From Plasmodiophora brassicae (taxonomy: Eukaryota), in contig CP145416.1 in NCBI GenBank assembly GCA_036867785.1, positions 682,001-746,000 on the forward strand: 64,000 bases of DNA, given 5' to 3'. The notes below the pieces were generated by a model. It was not told where the DNA came from. It was given only the letters and a program-made list of their open reading frames with translations, and ran no database searches. The translations under genes were made by a program, and so were the position numbers. The stretch's first letter is position 1. Each line of letters begins with the position of its first letter. Positions 45,236 to 56,516 of this stretch are shown in pieces.

Positions 45236-48200
45236 ATGCCGGGCCGGCAAGGTACATCGTCGGGCGAGTCCCTGAATCCGGTTGCCACCGAATTCGTCCC
45301 GAAACTGCGCGCCGACGCCACCGAGTTCGTGCCCGGCGGCGGGTTCACGGTCGCGCCGCCGCCGCCCATGGTGCACCAGTACCCACCTCCCTACATGAAC
45401 ATCCCCATTCACACGATGCATCCCATGGGGCCCATCCAGCGACCGGCGTACATGCCGCGGGGCGCGCCACAGTACCCACCGCCACATGCGATGCAGTATT
45501 TCTACGCGCCACCGCCGCCCATGATGGCTCCAGTCGCCCCTGCCGCGTTCGAACGCGAAGAGCGCGCTGCACGACCCGCGGACGAGGCTGTGCATGCGAC
45601 AGCCGAAACGGCTCCTGTGTTGAAACCCGAACCGGTAGCCGTTCAGGATCCTGCCACACTTGAGTCAGAATCGGTCGAGGTCCAGCGCAAAGCGAACGAC
45701 GATGTGGCATCTGGGGATCTTCCCGCTGAGCCTGCCTCGGAGGAAGAGGTCTATGCTGATACGCCGGCCGATCATGGAGAAACCGATGTTACCGTTCCAC
45801 AAGACGGCTCTATGCCAGAACAGACTGAATTGCCAGTTGATGCTGAAGTTCCGGTTGATGCTGAAGTCCCGGTTGATGCTGAAGTTCCGGTTGATGCTGG
45901 AGTGCCAGTTGGTGCTGAGGTGCCAGTTGATGCTGAAGTGCCAGTTGGTGCTGAGGTGCCAGTTGATGCTGAAGTGCCAGTTGATGCTGAAGTGCCAGTT
46001 GATGCTGAAGTGCCAGTTGATGCTGAAGTGCCGGTTGATGCGAGCGCCTCTGTTGGTGCTGAAGCTCCAGTTGATGCTGAAGCGCCAGTAGATGCTGAGG
46101 CGCCAGTTCAGGTTGAAGCCCCGGCGGATGCTGATGCACCAGCTGAAGTTGAAACGACAGCTGATGCGGATGCGCCAGCTGAAACCGAAACCTCTGTTGA
46201 CAGTGACACACCAATGGTTCAAGATGCGCCTGATGATGCTGAGGATACCACGTCGGCTTTGAATGAGGATGAGGCGACTGCGGTTGTGGAGGAGTCCGGT
46301 AATGTTGATTCAGAGGGCTCTGCAGCGGGTGAGGGAACGGCCGCTTCGGCTGAGGAGCCGGTGGATGCTTCTGGGCCGCCTGTCAAGAAGCAGTACACTG
46401 TTGACGAAATGATGGCGCTGCAGTCCAAGTTCATGAATGCGCCTGATGACTTTGCGAAAAGCTCGCTTGATTGCATCGGCTCGGCGTCAGCTGTCTACCC
46501 TAGCCAGCAGCGAGACGGTGACGATCGGCGTCGCTCTTCGGCTGCCGACCGTGGCAGACGTGGATCGTACCAACAGCACCCGAGGGACGCATCGGCGGGT
46601 CACGGCCAACGACAAGGACGTCAATACGAATCTGCTCGTTCGCATTCCAAGCCGCGCGAGCCTTCTCGAGAAATGTCGAGAGCCCAGTTCGGCAACCTGC
46701 GCGGAACCATCAAAGGGGATCGCGATCGGGGATCTCGACGTGGATCTCAGTACGATGGCCCTATTCGCGCTGTTGAACCCTACGTTGAGCCGCTTGCCGT
46801 TACCGACTCGCGGTATGTCGTCAAGAAAGCCGTCGAAGGCGAGGAGCTTGTGCTCCGACAAGTTCAAAGCATTTTGAACAAGCTCACACCCGAGAAGTTC
46901 AGCAAGCTTGTCCAGCAACTTGTGGACCTGATCACGGACAATGTGGAACATTTGGAGATGGTCATCGGTCTGGTGTTCGACAAGGCCGTCGGAGAGTATG
47001 CCTTCGCCAACATGTACGCCGATCTGTGCAGCCACCTGTCTGCAAGGTTCGCCAAGATGGAGGGCGAAACCGCCAAATTCAGGAATATCATCCTCGCCCG
47101 GTGCAAGGTACGACATCTCTTTATTCCGCTGTTGGACATGCATAACTGATGGTGCTCACTGGTAGTATGAATTCGATAACCGAGCCAAGATCGAGGACTT
47201 CCAGGACATGGAGTCCGAGGAAGAACGATCTCCCGCCATCACCAAGGCCAGACGCCGCTCCCGTGGTCTTGTCTCTTTCATAGGCCACTTGTACAACCGC
47301 GACCTGCTGCACTACTCTATCATGCGAATCTGTACGCGACGTTCTCGATGCTTGGATTGGCCACTTCACTGACTCCTGACGTGCAGGTCTTGCGACACTC
47401 TGCCCGAACGCCGAGAATGCTGTCGAATGGGACATCGAGGATATGTGCATCCTGTGGGGCGTGTTCGGCAAGAAGTTCGCCGCGCGCCAACCCCGGATCG
47501 TCGACATTTGTTTCGATATCATCCAGAGCATTATCGCTGATCGCAAGATGCCCAGCCGAATTATATTTATGCTGCAGGATCTGGTCGACCTCCGCGCCAA
47601 CCGTTGGGAACCGAGACGCGAAGTCGTCGTTGCGTCAACCATCGCCGAGGTGCACAAGAAGGCTGCGGCTGACGCCGCTGCCAAAGAGCAGGCCGCCCTG
47701 CGCGCTGAACGCAAGCGTCGTCATGGAGAGAGGGCTGAGCGCGAAGAGATGCGGTACGGCGGCTTCCGGAGAGGAAGCACCGCATCCGGTGGCTCTGGGC
47801 GTTTCGGCACGTCGTCGGCCTCGGGATCTGCCAGAAGAAGCGCCGACATCACGACATCGGACGGCTGGACGACGAAACAAGGCCGTCGCTCGCTCGCTTC
47901 AACCATGTCGACGGTTACGACGGCTGTTGGGGCTGGCGAACGTGCGCCATCTCCTGGTGCCCGGGCGGTGGCCATCTCACCCGAACCACCTGCCCGCGAC
48001 GAGACGCAAGCCAAGTACGGGTTCTCGGTCCTGGATGGCGATATGGAAGCCGAGGAGGAGTCGGAGACGTCCGAGGACATCAGCTTCAAGTCGGAGGACA
48101 CCGATGTTCCTCTGATCAGCGAGGAAGAGGCCAGGAAGAAGTTGGTGTCGATGGTGAACGAGTTCTTCCGCATCAGAGATTTCGCGGAGGTCGCAGCAAC

Positions 48201-48699
48201 AGTCCAGGAAGTCGACGCACCGTCCATGATGTATCTCGCCGTGTTCGAGGGCCTGATGGTCGCCGTGGACGGCAAGCCCGTTCAACGAGAACGCCTGGCT
48301 GAACTGGTCCAGCACATGGTCAAGGAGTCGTTCCTGTCCCACGACCAGCTGTACAAGGGCCTGAACGAGTTCAGCGAGCAGATCGACGATCTCGTTATCG
48401 ACATCCCTCAAGTGCGAACCTACTTCGCCGAGCTGATCGCGTCGCTCATCCTGAGTGGGACGATGCCGATGTCGTACCTGACGCAGGTTGCTGGCGTTAG
48501 CGGCGTCGTGATCAAGACACTCGAGCTCCTCCTGCGCGCGAAGGGCGACGACAAGGCCTTCCAGCAGATGGTGTCGGACTCGGATGTCGAGCTTCAACCG
48601 TTGCTGGAATCGACGGTATCCGGCGAACGTGTCGCCACTCCCGATGTACAGTCTCTCCTCGAGCGGCACGGTCTCAACGCGCTGATCCCGTGCCTCTGA
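45236..48699 (+). CDS. EIF4G: Eukaryotic translation initiation factor 4G
   Basis: Two PAM2-like motifs (LNPVATEFVP, LRADATEFVP), a 4E-binding-like YTVDEMM, MIF4G (VQSILNKLTPEKF; SRIIFMLQDLVDLR) and MA3 (DDLVIDIP). Confidence 0.93.
45833..46192 (+). repeat. 18-bp coding tandem repeat (PVDAEV): 11 close copies plus ~9 degenerate, inside eIF4G
   Basis: ccagttgatgctgaagtg units are visible directly. Confidence 0.95.
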
Positions 48700-48820
48700 C
48701 AGCCCATCCAACAAAATCGATTTCCAATTTCATCTAAAAGCAAATTCGATAGACAGACTCCCCAACGCCCGTTGGCCAATCCGTTGCGTCCAAGGGGACC
48801 AACCAGTCCGCAACTTGGTC

Positions 48821-49243
48821 ATGAACGCGGCCATTACAGGCGTCGGCATTGACCTGTGCAGAATCGGGCGCATTCGGCGCCTAATCGAGGTGCATGGCGA
48901 TCGATTCCTGAGGAAGGTCCTGCATCCGGACGAGATTGCTGCGATGCGGGATATGGCGTTCCCGAGGCGCCGCGTCGAATTCGTCGCCGGCCGTTGGGCA
49001 GCCAAGGAGGCCGCCGTCAAGGCCATCGGCAAGCGCGTCCCGTTCCCCGACATGAAGATCACGTCGACACCCGCCCCCGCCCTGACCGTCTACGATACGA
49101 TCCCGGTCTCCTCCCATGTCTCCATCTCGCACGACGGCGACTACGCCACGGCGATCTGCATCGTCACCGCCAGCGCCGCCCGCCCGCCCCTTGATAACCA
49201 CTCGGCGGATAGACGACAAAACGAGATCACTTCCAAGACATAA
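48821..49243 (+). CDS. acpS: AcpS-type holo-ACP synthase (4'-phosphopantetheinyl transferase), intronless
   Basis: GVGIDL, FVAGRWAAKEAAVKA and HVSISHDGDYATA. Confidence 0.92.
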   Translation: MNAAITGVGIDLCRIGRIRRLIEVHGDRFLRKVLHPDEIAAMRDMAFPRRRVEFVAGRWAAKEAAVKAIGKRVPFPDMKITSTPAPALTVYDTIPVSSHVSISHDGDYATAICIVTASAARPPLDNHSADRRQNEITSKT

Positions 49244-49409
49244 ACTTCGGTCCAGTAACCTCCATCGTCATTCGCACGGACCGACCGGTCTGTCAGTGTC
49301 CGGACCTGTCTGCAGGCAGCAGCAAGCAGTGCGCCGACGTCCGTCCGTATCGCAACCCGGTGGCAACCAGCTGCAGCGCGGGTTACGGCGTCGCCTGCCG
49401 AGTCGGACA

Positions 49410-50231
49410 ATGCTGCCGATGGATTACCACGGGACGACGCTGCACGCCTGCGATGTTGCGCTGATCGACGCGCCGTCCTGGCTCAACGACAACGTGATCG
49501 GTACGGCGCACTGACCGTTGTGTCTCGCCTGGGCGGCTGGCCGCTGACGCGCTGCAGGGTTCGTGTACGAATGGTATGCGCATGAGAAATACGCGAAAGA
49601 GCGCGACCTTGAATTCGTGAACCCTGCGGTCGTGTTTATCATCATGCACGAGGACGGTATGCTGTCGCGTTATTTCCGACATTGGACCTCGTCAGGCAGC
49701 CTCATACGTATTCTCTCAGACGATGAATGCCTGGCGCCGCTGATTGAGAGCGTGGACCTGGCTCGGCGGTCGCTCGTGTTTATGCCGATCAACAACAACG
49801 TGAACGTCACTGCGGCAGGGGGTGGCAGCCACTGGAGCCTGCTGGTCCTCGACAGGATCGCCCAGCAGTACGTGCATTTCGATTCGATGCGCGGTTCGAA
49901 CATGCAGTATGCCCGGCAGGTGGCGAAGCAGATCGGGAAGTGCTCCCCAGAGTTGGCCTCCTGGACGATGTCTGTCGGTGACTGCCCTCAGCAGGTCGGC
50001 ACCCTGGCTGTGCTGCTTGTGGATCGATGACTTCTAAACCGGTTCGCACAGGACAATGCGAATGACTGCGGCGTGTTCGTTCTGGAAATGACCCAGCAAG
50101 CCAGTGACTGGTTTAAGGATCACAGGTCGCTGAACGGCTTTAAGGCTGCCGTCAAGCCGGGCATGATCGGAGCCCGACGACGTGCAGTAAAGGAACTTGT
50201 TCGGGAGATCGAACGTCGGTCCTCTGGCTGA
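49410..50231 (+). CDS. SENP8: NEDD8-specific protease (SENP8/DEN1/NEDP1)
   Basis: WLNDNVI, PINNN...GGSHWSLLV, HFDS and CPQQ|DNANDCGVFV. Confidence 0.9.
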
Positions 50232-50285
50232 TTAAAACGACTATGATTCGTTTGGGTATATTCGAAACAATTTCCTGCTGGGCCA

Positions 50286-50903
50286 TCAGCGGCATCCGAA
50301 GCAATGGCGAAGCGGGTTCCACCACCCCTGGTGGGCGGCGGTCTTGCCGGGCGCCGCCTCTGGGCAATTGTCCTTCACCAAGTCGGCCATCTTCAGGACG
50401 CGTTTGGACCAGTCATTGGTCCAGATGCCGCTGCGGCTTAGGAGTTCTTCGGATGCGAACAGTATCACGATAACGCCCTGCGTTGTCTTGGGATTCACCG
50501 TCGCCATGTAGACCTCGCCGGACGCGCCGTGGCACAACCGTTCGATGGCGTACCCGTCCTGGGACATCTTCCCGAGGCAGTACTTTGACCATTGCGCCTT
50601 GCCGAACCGGTTGTAGTAGCTGTAATACAGGCATTCGTCTCTCGGCTCGTAGACCATCAGCGGGTCTGGCATGGCATCCTTGCACTCGATCGTTGCCGGG
50701 TGCTCAAATCGGTCGTCGCTGCTGTAGATCGTCATCGTCCCATTGCCGATGCGCTGGTACTGTATATCCCATGTCAGGCTGTTGTAGCTCGCAATGAGCG
50801 CAGCGTTCGCGGTGCATGACATTGTCGTCCAGTCTGGAGTCGCCCTGGCCGCCTCGATGTACCCGGCAACAACAGCAAGAGCAACAACAACCGTCCACGC
50901 CAT
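50286..50903 (-). CDS. Small secreted Cys-containing orphan protein (205 aa), intronless
   Basis: Leader MAWTVVVALAVVAGYIEAARA, 8 Cys, GC3-rich codons, no TM after the leader. Confidence 0.75.
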   Translation of the reverse strand: MAWTVVVALAVVAGYIEAARATPDWTTMSCTANAALIASYNSLTWDIQYQRIGNGTMTIYSSDDRFEHPATIECKDAMPDPLMVYEPRDECLYYSYYNRFGKAQWSKYCLGKMSQDGYAIERLCHGASGEVYMATVNPKTTQGVIVILFASEELLSRSGIWTNDWSKRVLKMADLVKDNCPEAAPGKTAAHQGWWNPLRHCFGCR

Positions 50904-51408
50904 GGCAATCGCTAATAGGTGCGTCAGTCGGCAACCGTCCCTCCAAACAAGGTGCCAATAACAAAATGACACCTCCACTCATATCACATTTGTAATTTTC
51001 ATGACATACCGCCACTCACCTAAAAATACCCGCATGCCACCTCCATCGGACCTTCGATGACTGGGTGACGGGCGCGTGAAGCAGGTCCAAGTCGCTCTCA
51101 GGGTCCTGAAATCTCTTCCGCCAGTGGCAGGAGTAGGCCGCGACAGTCATCGGTGTCATTTTGAACATTTCGTGCTACAGGACGTCTGCGAGATGGGTTC
51201 CCGCCGTTCAACGCCAAGCCAGACCTGCGGCGGCAACTCGACTGTCCCCACCGAGTAAGGCGTTGAACGAACCTGTTACGAATTCTGGGTTGACATGTAA
51301 CATTCTCTTCAGTAGCCGCGTCCAAAACTCATCAACGCAGCGGCGTCAGACGTCCCGTGGCTGGACGTAAGGAGCATCCCTTCGTCTCCCAGAACTTTAG
51401 CCGAACTT

Positions 51409-52200
51409 CCTTGCTGCTGATGTTAACTGTTATCTATATTACATGGCGCAGCGGTCAATGATTCGACCGATGGTGGAAACGTTAACGGAAACGGAGGGGA
51501 CAGCGATGAAGAAGTCGATACCGTACTGACAAACAGTCCCATCAACTCCCTGATTGCCGCGGTGCAGACTGTCATGGATGACGAGGTGCCGTTGACGAAG
51601 AGGTCATGGAATCTGGCTCTGTCAGCATCATTGCCTCTGCCTGCGATGATGCCCTTGCTGATGAATTCACCTTGCCGGAACCCGTGCCATAACAGCCAAG
51701 GTGCCGCGAAAGTGTTACAATGTTTACAATCGCCAACACCTGTGCCTGCTTGATCAGGCACTGGAATCACCTCCAAATAACTCAGGGGGGACGATCGCGT
51801 CAGCGAAGATTTGTTCCAGTGTGCGATTCATTGACCGAGCATTGGACAGCTTGCTCAGAACCTCCTGAGGGTATGAAAGTACGTTATGATCTGACAGAGG
51901 CGGAAGCTGCTGGTATGGCACGGATCCCGGCAAGGTGAATTCATCAGCAAGGGCATCATCGCAGGCAGAGGTAATGATGCTGACGGAGTCAGATTCCATG
52001 ACCTCTTCGTCAACGATCTCGTCATCCATGACAGTCTGCGCCGCGGCAATCAGGGAGCTGATAGGACTGTTCGTCAGTTCCATATCGACTTCGTAGTCCC
52101 TGACGTCACCTCCGTTTCCGTTAACGTTTCCACCATCGGTCGACTCGTTGACCGTTGCGTCTGCATGTAATATAAATATGAGTTAACATCAGCAATAAGG
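51409..52200. repeat. Long imperfect inverted repeat (arms 51409-51696 and 51909-52200, ~210-bp spacer)
   Basis: For example, cgaccgatggtggaaacgttaacggaaacggag and gcctgcgatgatgcccttgctgatgaattcaccttgccgg both recur as reverse complements. Confidence 0.93.
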
Positions 52201-52740
52201 CAGCGGCGGCGAGCAACCTTGTTGCGAAAGAACTGGAGCTAGGTCCAGAAGAAGACGACGCCAGTTTCACACGAGGTAGCTCGTTCGCGCTGATCGATGA
52301 TACGGTTCTTTGACTTCACGCCTGTCGAAGCCGCGCCAGTCGCCTACTTAATTTCCGCTCGTTTCTTCATAAGGTCATCTTTGACTATCATGTTGTGCAC
52401 GGTTTTGTTAACCATTCGATTGCGCGCTTTCGTGTGAAAGAGGGCGAAGGCCTTGAATATTCGTTCGCATGTTGCCGATTGCATAGCCACCGACAGAATA
52501 AACATCGCAAGGTCCCTGAGTTGAGCGCTTTCTTTCCCAAAGTACGCCAATATGCGTTAACACGTCGAACGTGCAAATCCGCGACGTCTACCTTAGGCGC
52601 TGCAGACCTCTTCTTGGAACAGGATAGCACCCTGGATTTCTCTGTTCCCCTTGAAACGCGTCGCAATGGGCGGAGGTCTATAGCGGTGGCTGCTGAGATG
52701 ATGAGAACGTCCTCAGCAGCCGCTAAGACAGGTAACATTA
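51754..52740 (-). mobile_element. Degenerate hAT-family DNA transposase (C-terminal dimerisation domain), pseudogenised
   Basis: 'AYW/AYFGKESAQLRDLAMFILSVAMQSATCERIFKAFALFHTKARNRM' is the hAT dimerisation motif. There is a frameshift near 52548, an in-frame TAG at 52344 and lower GC than the flanks. Confidence 0.85.
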
Positions 52741-53444
52741 CGATATAGTGGGGGCCGGTGATGAGTCGACAGTCGTTGTATACTGGGGCGCTACCTACAC
52801 GAAGCTAGTCTAGTGTCGAACCCGCTTGGGGGGCATTATCGGCACAAGCGCAACCATCACAGCATCTGGTGCGAGCCATGGATGCCTTGGGTTCCGCGCG
52901 GTTGTCGACAAATGCAACAATGTAGGCTGGCACGACGTTTCGAGGACGGTTACTTGATCAGAAGCACATGAGCCTTCGTCGCGTCCTTATGCATCAAGTT
53001 TGCGTCCCTGAAGATTTTTATCGGAATGGGATTGTCGGTAGACCGTAACAGGATCACCCGGGTTCGAGCGGTGGCGGGCGGCTGCCGCAGAAGGTCTGTC
53101 CCCAAACAGGTCTAGCGCATTCGGCCAAGGCCGGACGACGTGGCCGCGGCGTGACTCATTTTTTTGGAGCGTGTCGACGTGGGCAGGTCGACGACGACGC
53201 ACCGTCACCACATCGCGGAACGCCACCGAACGGACACCATCTGGTTCGGTGCTATTTTCGGTCCTACGCAGATTTAGGGCCGGCCGTTGTCGACACGACC
53301 GGCGGCGCGGGCGGATCGCCAGTTCTCCTAATCGGACTGTCACGCCGCCCACTTGCTGCGTGGCACACGCGTTTGACCCTCTACACGTGACCTCGCTCCC
53401 GATACCGCGTGGCCACGTTGGCGCGCTAATACGGCCAGGTGCCG

Positions 53445-55022
53445 ATGCCCATCGCCGTTCCCATCGCCATCCGCGCCATACGTGACAGCAATGCGCTGCG
53501 GGCGCGTATCGCTGGCGTGTTCGCCAGCTGCGCCTGGTCGACGTTGGCGCTGGCGATCGTCTTCATGTCGATCCAGTTAGCATATTGGCAGAGCAGGAGG
53601 TTCTCGGCCCGGTCGAGGTTCAGCTTCCGGTTGTGCGCGCTGATGAACCTGGCGGCCACCGTCGCCGTATTCCAGATCGGTGGCCTGTTGGCCTGCTGTG
53701 TGCTGGGCCTGTTCTGTATGGTCGTCTCCGTCGCCTGCCTGATCGTGTACCGAAAGCGCATTCGCAACTATCAACTGCTGAAAACCTACCACCGCTCCTA
53801 TGCGATATCGCTGTACACGCGTAACCAGCACTGGTTGTTTCTTGCCAACTCCTTGGTCGCGCTTGCAGCGTTCCTGCTGCTGACCATCGGTGTTGTCGTT
53901 GTTATCGCATTGCTGGCCGTCGCAACGCTGGCAACAGCCATCGCATGCGCCATCGTCGCCTACCGATCGTATGTGGCCGGGGACGACGAGCCGTACGATG
54001 AATCTAAATTGCACCGCCCTTCGTGGAACGTTGTGATGTTCATCACTGTCCTGTGGATGGTCGCGGCGCTATCGCTCCTGGGCAACCTGACGTTCCTCGC
54101 CAGACCCGGGTACCAAGTCTGGGACCGGCAGGGGCAGGTCGCCGTCAAGGAGTTCATCCCAACGTCGGTTGCTACGCCACTGGCGCTTTTCTACGCCATC
54201 CCTGGCCTCGCTCACCGTCTCGGCATGAACGGGTTCTTCAAGTTCGTCAGCGACTACAGTGGCACAAAGTTCTCCAAAGTCCTCCATACCGACGCAGAGA
54301 AGGTCGCCACCATCTACAACGGCTTCATCAGTCGGTACGCCATCGACATGTCCGACTACGACCGTCCCGATTACCGGCAGTACATGTCAGTGAACGACTG
54401 GTTCACGCGCCACATCAAACCGGAACGACGCCCGGTCGGTGCCGGCCTCGTGTCAGCCGCCGATTCCAGGGTGATCGTGTTCCCGCGTATTGACTCGGGC
54501 ACCGAGCTCTGGCTGAAGCACGATGCGCTGACCGTCAGGCAGCTCCTCGGCAACGAGTTCAACGGCGACGCTCTCGCTGCGTTTGGTGGCGGCTGCGGGT
54601 GCATCCATCGGTTGGCGCCTCAGGACTATCATCGCATTCATGCACCCGTGTCCGGACGCATCGTCCAGCAGTATGAAGTCGCTGGGCCGCTCCTGTCGGT
54701 CAGCGAGATCGCGATCAGGTCCAGTAACGGCGCCATCTACAACAAGCGTGGCGTGACCGTGATCCGCATGGACAATGGGCGGCCCTGTGCTGTTGTCGCC
54801 ATCGGCGCTACGGCGGTCGGATCGATCGGCATGACGAGATCGGTCGGCGACCGTGTTGCCAAAGGCGACGATCTGCAATTCTTCCAGTTCGGCGGGTCGA
54901 CCGCGGTGCTGTTGTTCCCGCGTGACACCGTCCGCTTCGACGACGATCTTGTTGACAACTCAGAGGCTGAGGTCGAGACGCTTGTCAGACAGGGCGAACA
55001 AATCGGCTCGGTGACCGCTTAG
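53445..55022 (+). CDS. PSD: Phosphatidylserine decarboxylase proenzyme with multi-TM N-terminal extension, intronless
   Basis: NDWFTRHIKPERRP, SAADSR, RLAPQDYHRIHAP, AIGATAVGSI and FQFGGST (self-cleavage site). Confidence 0.92.
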   Translation: MPIAVPIAIRAIRDSNALRARIAGVFASCAWSTLALAIVFMSIQLAYWQSRRFSARSRFSFRLCALMNLAATVAVFQIGGLLACCVLGLFCMVVSVACLIVYRKRIRNYQLLKTYHRSYAISLYTRNQHWLFLANSLVALAAFLLLTIGVVVVIALLAVATLATAIACAIVAYRSYVAGDDEPYDESKLHRPSWNVVMFITVLWMVAALSLLGNLTFLARPGYQVWDRQGQVAVKEFIPTSVATPLALFYAIPGLAHRLGMNGFFKFVSDYSGTKFSKVLHTDAEKVATIYNGFISRYAIDMSDYDRPDYRQYMSVNDWFTRHIKPERRPVGAGLVSAADSRVIVFPRIDSGTELWLKHDALTVRQLLGNEFNGDALAAFGGGCGCIHRLAPQDYHRIHAPVSGRIVQQYEVAGPLLSVSEIAIRSSNGAIYNKRGVTVIRMDNGRPCAVVAIGATAVGSIGMTRSVGDRVAKGDDLQFFQFGGSTAVLLFPRDTVRFDDDLVDNSEAEVETLVRQGEQIGSVTA

Positions 55023-55111
55023 TTTGACGTTCGATGAAAACCCCCCTAATTCACTGTTTTAAATGCATAAATTGCACAAGCTGTCGCACGCAGGAACGTG
55101 TTGCACAGTCA

Positions 55112-56351
55112 TCAGTTTTTAGAAATTTCCAATATGAGATCGTACAGGAAATCGAGTGGGCCGTCGTCAACAATGATAACGTCGTACACTTCCTTGAATT
55201 CGTCCAGCCTCGCCGACACGTTCGTGTTGAGCAGGCCGACCTTCAGGTGCACTTCTGCATACGGTATCGAGTCGCTGTATCGACAAATCAGATAGGCTTC
55301 ACGTGTCACCTTGCCCGCATACCACATCAGGGCGTCATGTATGTGGTCCCCGACAACAATGAACGCGGCTCGTTCAGGATGCAGCACGTGTGCAGCACGG
55401 TCGACAAGCAAAGCCTTGTTAGCCGAGTGTACAATAGGTTGCTGGAAGGCGACGAGGCACCCGGCCTCGTCCATAACCATCCCTGGCGAGGGCGACAGCG
55501 TCAGAGTCGTACCGCAACCAGCAAAGATTACATGGGACATACGGTTGCTTAGGATATGGACATTGTCAAGGTGGAGCCCTTGTTGCTCCATATACCTTTC
55601 AATGATATCTGCGATGCCGGCGGAAAATACCAACAAAGGGATGTCGTTCTTCTGCAGCAGGTTCAACAGCTGCCGACATCCATGGCGCAAGACGATCTCG
55701 GATCGCAGCGGATGCAGGCATTCTTCGATCAACGGCACCGTGATGCGATGACGTACTAAATTCTCATGTGCCAGCGTCCACCACTCCTTCATGTACTCGA
55801 ACCTCTCCTCTTGCGTCAGGTTCGGGTCAATCTCATGCTGATAGTACCTACCAGAGACAACAGCTTCAATGCAGATGACGGCCAACACCTCTCGAATATC
55901 TGCTACTTCTCGTAGAGGTCGCGCTCCAATTGAACGAACGATTCAGGCAGCAATCCGGACCTGAAGTTGTCCTTAATGCACGGTTGCCCCATCGTGCAGT
56001 GTAATTATAACGTACCTGGAAAAGACGCCATGCGTGCTAGATGCCATATCCCCATTCTCGAGGAACTGCCCAGTTATGGTGTAGTCGAAATCCATGATGA
56101 CCTACGAAACCGGGGGCGATCACTGGCCTGGGACTGGAACGGCGCATCTGATCCTGCCCAACCTGCAACGCGGATTTCCCGCCTCGAAACAGGATCTGTT
56201 TCTTCTCGTTGAAGTCCTCCTCATCGACGATGATGATCTTGGCGGCCTTCCACCGCCGTTTGGTCGCCTCGCGGATCCACCAGATACGCAGGAGCGCCGC
56301 CCCGGATATGACCGACACGGACGCGACGACGCAGGCGACGAGGGCCCGCAT
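55112..56351 (-). CDS. NT5C3: Cytosolic/pyrimidine 5'-nucleotidase III (UMPH-1, HAD family) with N-terminal membrane anchor
   Basis: LQ|VIMDFDYTIT, YYQHEIDPNL...MKEWW, LVFSAGIAD, VGDHIHDA and KVGLLN. Confidence 0.9.
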
Positions 56352-56516
56352 CCGACCGACGTCCCGAGCGCGGGCACGGCTCTCTCCGCGCGCCTCCCAC
56401 TTACGGGTTTCCGTGACGCGGTGGCATTCATTATTAGCGCAGGCCCTCCCTATCGCCTAATATACCGATGGACTGTGCAGAGAGGCAGAGGGCACGGGAC
56501 GACGTCTGGGCGGCAA

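Noticed and set aside
45665-46222. ORFs with (QHQLAL)n, (SINWHF)n and (LMLKCQ)n repeats
   Set aside because: These are alternative-frame and antisense readings of the eIF4G 18-bp repeat.
39538-48699. Functional cluster of the eIF4E-like DUF1917 gene and eIF4G
   Set aside because: They are separated by two unrelated genes, and the DUF1917 protein appears secreted. The proximity is likely chance.
51409-52200. Inverted arms as the terminal inverted repeats of one intact transposon
   Set aside because: The arms are transposase coding-tail sequence, the transposase remnant extends outside them, and no target-site duplication was identified.
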